From Octopus vulgaris (lineage: Eukaryota): a stretch of DNA of 64,000 nucleotides. The stretch's first letter is position 1. The number at the start of each line of letters is the position of its first letter. The position numbers were made by a program, and so were the translations under genes. Below the pieces are notes generated by a model. It saw nothing but the letters and a program-made list of their open reading frames with translations. It did no database searches and was not told where the DNA came from. Positions 25,498 to 36,599 of the stretch are shown here, one piece after another. Where the stretch lies: NCBI GenBank assembly GCA_951406725.2, contig OX597840.1, forward strand, positions 12,028,001-12,092,000, given 5' to 3'.

Positions 25498-28231
25498 CAC
25501 ATTATTACAAATCAGTACCCACAGAAAGGTATTAAGAACGTTGTGGAAGTTGTTCCCCTTTATGTGATTTATTTTCTCAATTATCCAATAGAGGGAAGTT
25601 ATTTTGAACATTGACCTCATAAAGATTGACATTTGACCTCAAGTGGTCTCTTCACAGAGAGATGTAAATATCACAATCATCCATTGAATTATTTTCCTCG
25701 CATTTTCTTTTACTTCGTTTTGAGTTTATTTATCTACGACTAGATTATCTAATGAGTCGTTATATTTCATAACAAAAGACAGAGATTTGGCTGTTAATTC
25801 TTGCAGGTCAGCTATATTGTTTCATTATTTTATTATTGCTAAATGTAATGACCTTAATTTATGACTAATCTACAAAAGGGAGGCGGATATATTTTTGTGA
25901 ACGGAGTTTGGTTTCATCCATTATCAGCTCCCGATGTTTGGATAAATTGAAACAGAGCGTCCGAGACAATCTGGTGTCGAAATATATTTTTGATTTTACA
26001 TTCGATATTTTAAGATGTGTGGAATTTTCTGGAGGTCAATTTGACTCTTGTCTGGCGAGTCCCTCATTTCTGTCACTCAGAATTCGGAACTGATGTCTGT
26101 GAGTGAGAGAGAGAGAAAGAACGGGGTGGTGTCGAAGAGATGTTGATTCATAAGTGTTTTGATTTTCAGAGCTCTTCCTGGCTTGTCATGTCAACTGATT
26201 GCTGAGATAAATCTAATTTTAACGTGAGCGCTTGCAAAAATAAATACTTAGTCCTGTAACTCCAGGGATTTTCCCAAGAACAATGGAAAGAGACATGATG
26301 AGGTTACCGTTTCTATTTAGGCGAGAGATACATTATAAGGGACTCGGCTGGAAGTGATTATTTTGCCTTTTACATATTATAAGCCCACAAGTAGCTGAAG
26401 TATCGCTAATTACCGATTAAATTACATTTTTCAACCTGTGGAATTCAAAATATTTCTGGAAACTGGGCCGCTAAATCTTAAAGTGTCGGGTTAAGCTCGT
26501 TATGGTAAATGGCTGTTTCAGCATTGCTGATTGTTTTGGCCCGCTTTGTTAAACTCAAAAACCCAGATTGGTTTAAATATGACGCTTAAAGGAATAACTT
26601 AAAACTATTTCATTTGTAGGTTAGTCTCTCTCTCTCTCCTTACTCTCTTTTTTACAAGCTTAAAAGAATTACGTATAAAAGAATTTAACGACTTCTGTCC
26701 AGCATTTCAACTTTTTGAAGTTAAAAGGAATTAAAAATTATAATTCTTAGCTGTCATATTTAAAAGATTTCAAATCTTAGTGTAAATAATTTATCAATCT
26801 ATGTTAAGACCCTCACCACAGATAGGAATAAGTTCAGTAACCCATTGTTTCCTATTTATTGTGCCAAAATATTTTCGTCGCTTAGAGACCGCGACCTGTT
26901 CACTGACAAAATTCCGAATTTTATCAGTGGACAGGTCACGGTTTCTAAGCAACGAAAATATTTTGACAAAATAAATTGAAATGTACAAATTTAATGTTTA
27001 ATTGGTTTACAAATTCTTGCTAATTTCGGAAGTGTTCTACTTTTGAGATGAAATTCTCTTCGGTGGGGTTAAGGGCTATCAATGAGAATAACCTGTCGTC
27101 TAGTTTCGTGTCAACCTGATCAACGCGCAGACCCATGGATAAAAGACGCTTTAACTACGACCATCCCGCATAATTTGTCTAGCTCAGACTCGTTTCAGTC
27201 ATTTGACTGCGGCCGTGCTGGAGCACCGCCTTTAGTCGAGCAAATCGACCCCAGGACTTATTCTTTGGAAGCCTAGTACTTATTCTATCGGCCTCTTTTG
27301 CCGAACCGCTAAGTTACGGTGACGTAAACACACCAGCATCGGTTGTCAAGCGATGTTGGGAGGACAAACGCAGACACACAGACATATATATATATACATA
27401 TATACGACGGGCTTCTTTCAGTTTCCATCTACCAAATCCACTCACAAGGCTTTGGCCCGAGGCTATAGTAGAAGACACTTGCCCAAGGTGCCACGCAGTG
27501 GGACTGAACCCGAGACCATATGGTTAGTAAGCAAGCTACTTACCACACAGCCACTCCAGTGCCTGGTCCATTTTTTATTTGTTTGGTTTGGTGGAAGAGG
27601 GTGTTTCGTGTGTGTATGTAAAATAGAAATAATATTAGGCTGCTCTTTCTAGAAGATCGAACGACCCCGTAGAGGTTCCATAACTGAAAAATAATTCTTA
27701 TATTTCTGAGTTATGTAGTTTTGGTTTTGCATGGGTTGGATTCCAAGCAAAATAGCTAATTTATCGAACTGAAGTTATTTCCGAATGTATTTAAATTACA
27801 TTGAGGACATTTAACCATTGTCACCGTTATCATTAAGTGGAGGGGAAAAGCCATCGACAAGGACTCCGTCTCGGTGGTTTTATAACCGTTTAATTCTATC
27901 GTGTCGGAATTATCTTTTGTTAAGGTAAATATTAATGTTTGTGGATAAGAGAAGGCGACTTATATATTTCAGGTCCAGTGTCCCATCGGCTTCATATTTA
28001 CACATTTCATTTCGTTACATCGTTAATTTATACAAAACAAGGGAAATGAGTTTTAACCGCCAACTCATCAACTAATGAGGAATCAATTTTCGGCATTCTT
28101 TCGATATAACTCGACAAAATCGAAACATTTCACTTCGGGTATTTCCGTGGGTTGTGGAGTATAGATATAACGAAATTATGCTGGCAATGTCTCATTTTAA
28201 ACTTGAAGAAAAAAAAAGCCTTGCATATTTG

Positions 28232-30124
28232 GGTACTAGTCGCGTAGACTGGACCCGGTGCGCGCAGACGCGCATCCGCGCTAGACAGTCGTAGGTAGTC
28301 GATCCTACAGCGACTTGCGTCACTACAGGCGAGAATTCACTTGTGTTTACTTAGAATATATTTCTTTATTGCCCACAAGGGGCTAAACATAGAGAGGACA
28401 AACAAGGACAGACAAAGGGATTAAGTCGATTACATCAACCCCAGTGCGAAACTGGTACTTTTATTTATCGACCCCGAAAGGATGAAAGGCAAAGTCGACC
28501 TCGGCGGGATTTGAACTCAGAACGTAACGACAGGCAAACTTCGTTAACCATTCAGCTATGCTCGTTCTCTTTCAACTGGAATTTAACCCCTGACCAACCC
28601 TAAATTATTAGATATTTTGGTCGTGGCCATCTCGCTTTGTTGTAAATCCGATACTGCATTGTTCAGTTTGACTTTAAAAAAAACATTCGGCTGCTATTTC
28701 TAACAGCTCGGTGGAAGATATCTCTTGACCGAAGTTGTACAAGGTCTGTGTTTGCTCCTTGTTTTCAGTTTCTCCAAAGACCCAACAGAACTCTCGTCTT
28801 TAACTTCAGCTGAACAGTTCCCAGTCCCAAGACTGCCCTGGTCGTGCAGATCTGTTCAAAGGAGTTTATTTTTAACCAGACGTAAAGTAACCCTTTACTT
28901 CATAGGGAATCCAACTCATGCAAAACCAAAAATATATAACTCAGAAATATAAGAATTATTTTTCAGTTATGGAACCTCTACGGGGTCGTTCGATCTTCTA
29001 GAAAGAGCAGCCTAATATTATTTCTATTTTACATACACACACGAAACACCCCCTTCCACCAAACCAAACAAATAAAATTTCTACGTGGGGGAAATTTGGT
29101 TACTATAAGTTTACATTGAAGAGACTTGGTCGTTGACAGGAGCCTCATAGGTTGACACAGTGAACCATTTCATACGAGGCAATTAGTGTTATCTTCGTCT
29201 GTGATCTGTCACTGTACTACCCTTCCTCTATCTGCCTGGCAACTAAATTCTGACCCCACGTTGTTGGATTGTCACCAGGAACCGATTTTCCTGTTGAAGC
29301 CTACAGTAAAATTACCTTGTTGGGGAGGGGTTAAGCCAATTTTTAAAACTTTTTTTTGAATTTTCATGCTGCAGTTTGCCGTAGCTATTCAAAGTAAACA
29401 CAAGTGAATTGTCGCCTGTAGGGGTCTACTTTGAAAAAAAAAAATGTTTGACTGTCCTTAAGGTTGTTTTGCTTTTTTTTCAATGCTTCTAATTGTCTTG
29501 TAACGAAAAAAAAAACGCAATTGTCTTTAAAATAATATACACCGTATATCGTTGAAAAATATTTCCTAAGCGGCGATCTTTCGTCTCTAGTAGACCTTTC
29601 CGTCGATTTCCGTAAAAAAAAATTTTTTTTTTACATATGGGCTTGCGGAAACTTTTGAAGTAATATACATACATATACACATACACCGAGTAAAAAAATT
29701 CAGTTATCTCTTTCTTTCACACATAACTCTGTCTCTTCACACACACTAACAGAAGCACTTCACTTACACAACATACTGTCTGTCTCCCACACCCCATCAA
29801 ACACACACACACATGTACATCAATGCTTCCCCTGGACGGTAACTTCAAAAGAACTTCCCTCGTCATACAATCGCTTTCTCTTAGTCTCTTTCGCTCTCAT
29901 TACTTCAAAAGTTCCCGCAAGCCCATATGTAAAAAAAAAAAAATTTTTTTTACGCAAATCGACCCTCCTAAGCTTCAGTAGGGGCTCGCTATTAACTTAG
30001 TTTTTGCAATGTTGCGCTAATCAGCTCATTTGCATACGCAAGTCACTGTAGGATCGACTACCTAAGACTGGTTAGCGCGGATGCGCATCTGCGCGCACCG
30101 GGTCCAGTCTATGCGACTAGTACC
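28232..30124. mobile_element. Inverted-repeat element with GGTAC termini (Merlin-like), containing nested insertions
   Basis: ~88-bp CpG-rich TIRs, GGTACTAGTCGCGTAGACTGGACCCGGTGCGCGCAG... and ...CTGCGCGCACCGGGTCCAGTCTATGCGACTAGTACC; the TSD is unclear. Confidence 0.7.
28321..29423. mobile_element. Possible CACTA/CMC-type non-autonomous element
   Basis: CACTACAGGCGAGAATTCACTTGTGTTTACTT versus AAGTAAACACAAGTGAATTGTCGCCTGTAGGG, an inverted match of ~32 bp, flanked by GT on both sides. Confidence 0.5.
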
Positions 30125-30229
30125 GCATTTGTTCTTACCTGTTTCATGTGTGTATGTAAACTCCGCAAAATTTCCAAGTAGAAAACAGAATCGAACTGTC
30201 ATTTGCTTCCACGGAAATACCCGAAGTGA

Positions 30230-30690
30230 GGTACAACTTAAGAAGAGTGGTCCCGGTGCGCGTACTCGCGCATTCGCGCTAGCTAGTCGTAACTAGTCGA
30301 TCCTTACTTTGTGTTTTATTTACTTTGTTTAAAAAAAATTATTGGATCTTTTCCTTTTGAACGGCAGTTTGTAGCATAATTTCTCGGTAACTAAAAAATT
30401 GTAAACTTCGTATACTGGTAGAATGGGTTTATAAAACATCTTTTTCTCAATAAAGCCAAGAGAAAATGAACCCATTCTACCAGTATACGAAGTTTAAAAT
30501 TTTTTAGTTACCTAGAAATTATGTTACAAACTGCCGTTCAAAAGGAAAAGATCCAAATTATTTACTTTGTGTAAAAAAAATTATTTATTTTGTGTTTTAT
30601 TTACTTTGCTAGGTAGTCGTTAGAGGATCGACTAGTCACGACTAGCTTGCGCGAGTGCGCGCACCGGGACCATTCTTTTTAAGTAGTACC
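30230..30690. mobile_element. GGTAC-terminus MITE (Merlin-like) carrying a nested GGATC-terminus MITE at 30344-30554
   Basis: The outer ~75-bp TIRs are flanked by CGAAGTGA on both sides. The inner element GGATCTTTTCCTTTTGAACGGCAG...CTGCCGTTCAAAAGGAAAAGATCC is flanked by the 8-bp repeat AAATTATT. The inner family recurs at ~50140-50683, 58385-58501 and 62500-62813. Confidence 0.8.
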
Positions 30691-32721
30691 TCGAAGTGAA
30701 ATGTTTTGATTTTGTCAAGTTATTATTGAAAGAATGCCCAATTTTCCTTGCATTTATCTTTTACTTGTTTCAGTCATTATTTTTTCCTTAGTGAAAATCA
30801 TATGGATGAAAGGATCGAAATTTTACCCTTATTTCTTAAGCATAGTCCTTGTTCTGTCAGTCTCTTTTGTCGAACCGCTATTTCACGGAGACGCAAATAC
30901 ACCAACAGCGGTTGTCAAGTGGTGATGGGTGACAGACACACACACACACAGGGTTCTTTCAGTTTCTGTCTACCAGATCCACTCACAAGGCTTTGGTCAG
31001 CAAAAGTAGAAGACACTTGTCCAAGGTGCCACACAGTGGGACTAAACCCTGGAACAATGTGATTTGACCCACCATAAATCCCAAATTTTATTTTGGTACT
31101 TATGGGAGCAACTGTCTTCGAAGACTCATATTGTCGTTGAGTGCTCGAAATAAGGAGCAGATAGACAGCCAACAACTGATGAAGGGTCGTTCTTTGTGTT
31201 ACTTGTCCTGTCTTCCACTTGTTTCTCTCGTTCTTTGCATATTGAACTCATTTGTTTTATATATATATGGGAGGGATGCAAAGCTTCATTCGTACTTTTT
31301 GAATTCGTTAGTACTGGTGGTCGAAGGTGGTTTGTCTGAGATTACTCATATCAGATGGGTATGTTCGATCTTTAGTGCTCTCAAATTTAAACATAACGAA
31401 ATCTTGGGCTGATGACAGGAATGTTGATATAGGTATGTATTTCTAGCATCTCTATATCTAACTAACCCAGAAACAGCGTTCTCAAGTAATCGATGTACGT
31501 GAGATCTTTCGTTATTTGTCCCTCTATTCCTACGTGAATTGTTTTTGAGTATAAATTGTCTGGGAGACTCTTCTTATAGTAGAGGAAATAGCTAAATTTT
31601 TTGGCTGCTATTTCTAAAAGTTTGGTGTGTGGTAAAGTAAATTATTTTACTGAACCCTAATTATATAACGTAATGTTTTAAATATACCATAAATGGTCTT
31701 TTTACATACTGAACACTACTTGGTAAAATTAATAATTAATTAATTTTACCCTTATTATTATTGACTATATATATATATATATATATATTTCGTTATTGTA
31801 TTTGGTTTGCAAGAGTCTATGTGAATTTGAGTTTTGGACCATATTTTGTTGTGTCTGGGGAGTGTCATTCTGCTTTAATTCCCTATTAATTAACACAGCA
31901 GTTCGATTTCCACTCATTTACAACTATTGAAGAGGTTGCAAGATTCAACAAATATTTTAGAGGAGAAAATGAATAAATAAATGGGTGGAAATTGAACGAG
32001 CGAGTGTGTTAATTAATAAGGCATTAAAACAGAATGACTTTCCCCAGATACAACAGTATATATATATATATATATACATGCATACACAGACACACATGAC
32101 AGGTACCTTTCAGTTTCCATCTACCAAATCATCTTACAAGACTTTGGTCGGCTGGAGGCTATGGTATAAGACACTTGCCCAAGGTGCCATGCACTGACTT
32201 TCAGACCTGTGTATATCATTTGTATTGCCATCGCAGCACATACTCTCACTTTCTCTCTCTCTCTCTCTCCCTCTCTCTCTCTCTCCCTCTCTCTCTCTCT
32301 CTCTCCCTCCCCCCCCCCCCCCGATACTTTTTTCGCCAACATCAGTCTCTCACGGTCTGTTTTCTTCTTTTACAGTTATCCGTCGTGCTCCATTACAACT
32401 CAAAAGTCAAAGAATGTCAATCTCACCAGCATCTCTACTACCAGTCATCTATGGATCTTCTGTAGTTTTAGCTTCCTTTAATTGTATTTACATTTCTTAA
32501 TGTAAAAATAGAAACCCTTTTATCTTTCAACAGTCTGTGTGCCACTGCATAAGACCCCAATCAACCTCAGAATTCTAGTGGTAAGGAGAAAATACAGCAA
32601 CATTGCATATTTTCTACACATGTAAATAGAGTTTGAGGATATCCAAGAGAAGAAGCTAAAACATTTTAGATTTATACTCAGAGACATTTTTTCAACTTTT
32701 AAGAATTTCTTAAGAATTAAT

Positions 32722-33555
32722 ATGGAGGACGTTAATCGTTCGGATACATCCAACACAACTCTTCTTAACAACAAAGGTTCAGTTACACAGACATTCAGTG
32801 GAGAGAAAGCTTTACCTATCGGGACATTGACAATACAACAATTATTACAAAGGAACATTCCTGAATATCGCTGTGAGATTTGTAGGGAAACTTTCCCTTC
32901 AGAATACGATGTCATTACACACAAGCAAATACACAGTAGGAAAAAACCATATTGTTGCGAAGTCTGTGGCAAATATTTTGTATCTAACAGTAAATTAACC
33001 AGACACAAACGACAACATACTGGGGAAAGGCCCTATCATTGTGAAATTTGTGCAAAGTCATTTGTTGATAACGGAGGTTTAAACAGGCACAAGAGGATCC
33101 ATGCTGAGGACAAACATTATCGTTGTGAAGTGTGTGAGAAATCTTTTGTTTATAACAGTGACTTAACAAAACACAAACGTAGTCACACCGGAGAAAAACC
33201 GTTTCACTGTGAAATTTGTGGCAAATCATTCTCTGATAATTCGAGTCTTGTCATTCATGTCCGGTGCCACACCGGAGAGAAACCGTTCCACTGTGAAATA
33301 TGCGGCAAGTGTTTCAGTGAAAATTCTAAGCTTACAATCCACATTCGTAGTCATACGGGAGAAAAACCATTTCCTTGCGAAATCTGTGGCAAGTCTTTCT
33401 CTGTTAATTCTCATCTTGTAGTTCACCGGAAAATTCACACTGGGGAAAAACCGTATCTCTGTGAGTATTGTGGGAAATCCTTTATCACGAACAGTCACTT
33501 AAAAACCCACAAATTAAAACACACAGGGGGGAAACCATTGAAACGTGAAGTGTGA
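32722..33555 (+). CDS. C2H2 (Kruppel-type) zinc-finger protein with 8 tandem fingers, single coding exon (called ZNF-A here)
   Basis: 277-aa ORF with 8 x CxxC-x3-F-x8-HxxxH and TGEKP-type linkers; a ~48-aa N-terminus similar to that of the 47384-49033 gene; no KRAB, SCAN or BTB domain evident. Confidence 0.93.
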   Translation: MEDVNRSDTSNTTLLNNKGSVTQTFSGEKALPIGTLTIQQLLQRNIPEYRCEICRETFPSEYDVITHKQIHSRKKPYCCEVCGKYFVSNSKLTRHKRQHTGERPYHCEICAKSFVDNGGLNRHKRIHAEDKHYRCEVCEKSFVYNSDLTKHKRSHTGEKPFHCEICGKSFSDNSSLVIHVRCHTGEKPFHCEICGKCFSENSKLTIHIRSHTGEKPFPCEICGKSFSVNSHLVVHRKIHTGEKPYLCEYCGKSFITNSHLKTHKLKHTGGKPLKREV

Positions 33556-34222
33556 GAACATCTAACCAAGGTGGAATGGATCAGAATTCATTCTCTTTCA
33601 ACTCTCATCTTGGAGTCTATAAATTTGCTTCTTGTTTCAGAGGAGCCCTTTCACTACAATATGAAAATTTCTTAATTGTGAATTATAAACTTGGGTTGAC
33701 AAATAAGTATAAACTGAATGGAAGAGAAAACTGCATCAATGTGAAAAATGTCTCAGTTTGTAGTCGGTCATTGTGAAATATATTGGAGTCTTGCAAACCA
33801 CAAATACACCTTGGAGTAAGATTTGGTCATTCTTATTTGTCAATAAGATTTCTTACAGAAACACGATCTCATTAGCCATACCAGAACAACATAGGTATAA
33901 AACCTTATAAAAATGAAATTTGCTGAAAATTATTCTCACTGAAAAGCTGTTATAAACTAATATATACGGGAAGAAAATATTAACGAGATATTCTCAATAT
34001 ATAGATGTAAAAAGAAATTTGTATACAAATCTTATCACTGTAGTTTTTGTTGAAATAGTTACATTCATAATAAAAGCTAATTTTTTTTTAAATCTTTTCA
34101 GTCTATATATTACTAAAACTCTCTGATTGCTTGCTTGTCTGTCATTTGATATGGCCAAACTGGTACATAATGGGAAAATACTATGAATTAAGGTACCCCT
34201 GAAATACAAACAGAATAAAACA

Positions 34223-34617
34223 ATATTTACATTCAACGGATATTTGTCCTCATCTTGTTTGTTGTTAACACAACATTTTGGCTGATATACCCTCCAGCCT
34301 TCTTCAGGTGTCCTGGGGAAATTTCGAACCAGGGTTCTCATTCCTAAGGTATTTTTCGATGCTATTATTATTATTGTTAGTGTTCAGGTCACTGCCTGGA
34401 ATCGAAGTCAGAATCTTAGGGTTTGTTGCCTGTGCTTTTAACCACTACACCTATGCCCGTGGGCAATTATGGAGTGAATTTTAGGGCTTATAAATCTAAT
34501 ATTTTTCTATCCTTCCTTAATACTGGTTTCCATATGCTGCTCATATCTGATGAGAACAAATATCCATCGAATGTAAATAATGTACATAATTCCTCATCTC
34601 TTAAATATAGAACTGTA
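34223..34617. mobile_element. Penelope-type terminal-repeat insertion with inverted segments
   Basis: Flanked by a 12-bp direct repeat AGAATAAAACAA; 34223-34254 is the inverse of 34549-34582; contains a decayed hammerhead motif. Confidence 0.6.
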
Positions 34618-35208
34618 GAATAAAACAAGTTTTGCATAAATTGGACCGTGGATTCCTGAGATATGGGGTGGTTTGTGGGGTATTGATAAATACCCAAAAT
34701 AGTGCATAATGTGAAAATTTTCTGAAAATAACATCACCCTGAAAGGAAAGAAACTCTAGGCTTTCAATTAGAGACATGATCAATGTCTTCTGTATTTTGA
34801 AGACAAACGTTAAAAGCACCAACCGATCGTGGCTGATGCCAGACTCCCCTGGCACCTGTGCAGGTGGCACGTAAAAAGCACCCACTACTCTCTTGGAGTG
34901 GTTGGCATTAGGAAGGGCATCCAGCTGTAGAAACACTGCCAGATCAGACTGGAGCCTGGTGCAGCCCCTGGCTTCCCAGACCCCGGTCGAACCATCCAAC
35001 CCGTGCTAGCATGGAAAACGGACGTTAAATGATGATGATGAAACTTCACGACCTGGGCCTGGGCAAAAGTCTTAGTGACTTTAACTAGCCAGGTTAACAG
35101 ATCTGATTAGTCAGCTTGTAGTCAGTCATTGTGAAATATATTGGAGTCTTGCAATCCTCAAATACACCTTGGAGTATTTCACTTTTGTTAAACACAATAT
35201 TTTAGTCA

Positions 35209-35568
35209 TCTCTCTATATATAAACGGCAGTTTGTGTTAGGTTGTACCCTTACCCTGACCACGGCTTTCAACCGATTCTGATGAAACTTGACACACACAT
35301 AGCCCAATGTCATAATTCAAAACTAACACAGCGAAAATTGTGAAAAGTTCTCCCAGTTCTGAAAAAAATCGATAAATTCGACATGGGGTCGAGAATCAGA
35401 AACACAAACCACAGACTGTCTAGGGGATGCAACTCGACCTTTTTAACTAAAAAAAAAATTTACCATCATTTTATTTCCATTTTTGGCTATTTTTTGGCTA
35501 TAACTCTCTAAAAATGCTTTATAGTTATTTCCCTTACAAACCCGAGCAACGCCGGGCGATACTGCTAG
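35209..35568 (+). mobile_element. Non-autonomous Helitron
   Basis: A|TC 5' end, subterminal hairpin CCCGAGCAACGCCGGG, CTAG|T 3' end, no TSD. Confidence 0.8.
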
Positions 35569-36599
35569 TTTAGAAATATTTTTGGATTTTGATTTCAAAA
35601 ATACAAATTGCTTGTGCAGTAATTATTTATATTTTAGCTTTCTTTAAACAGACAATATTGAAATTTTTTTTTAAAATTATTTTCGGTAAATAATTTTTTT
35701 CCACAGGTTTTCCCGAGTGCATTCAGTATATCTCACCTCCAAACCTGCCACAAGCCATTTTTTTCCAGAAAAGAAAGGGGTGGAGGGGTGATGGGGACCT
35801 CTGAGTTTCCCACCAATGGAGCTTTTTTCTTTTCCAGGTTATTTCACATGCTTTCAATGCATGTGACATTGAAATCACGCATAAATGGCCCCTTTCCCCA
35901 GAAAAGGACAGATCTGGCTACTATTTCTAGCATGTCCTGCTACCACGTATCAGCTGTTTGCAATATAGGACCCGAAACAGGTATTACATGGTAATACAAA
36001 TTCCACCGAGGTCGACTTTGCCTTTCATCCTTTCGGGGTCGATTAAATAAGTACCAGTTATGCACTGGGGTCGATATAATCGACTTAATCCGTCTGTCCT
36101 TGTTTGTCCTCTCTGTGTTTAGCCCCTTGTGGGTAGTAAAGAAATAGGTATTACATGGTAACAGGGCATGCTAGAAATAGCAGCCAAACCTTTCCTTTCT
36201 GGGGAAAGGAGCAGTTTACATGTGATTTCAATGTCACATTTGTTGAAAGCATGTGAAATAACCTGGAAAAGAAAAAGAAACCCATGAAACAAAATTCCAT
36301 TGGTGGGAAACTCCAAGGTCTCCGCCATCCTTCCCCCTTTTCTTTACTGGCAGAAAGTGGCTTGCAGTGGGTTTGGAGGTGAGATTATGTTGAATGCACT
36401 TGAAAAACTTGTGGAAAAAATTATTTCCCACCAAAGTACAAACAGGTCCTTTATGAAATACTTACCCAAGACCGGTACAGGCATGTGAATAGAAGGATCA
36501 ATGAGACCGATAAAGCAAGGGCTGAGCATCTAGCGAGACAGAAGCAGAAGAGATCAGGAATCGGATGCTCATGTGAATACAAATGGAATATTTGGTCAT

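Noticed and set aside
32520-33498. Antisense and alternative-frame ORFs overlapping ZNF-A (and 48688-48966 over ZNF-B)
   Set aside because: Shadow ORFs of the repetitive zinc-finger coding sequence with no independent features.
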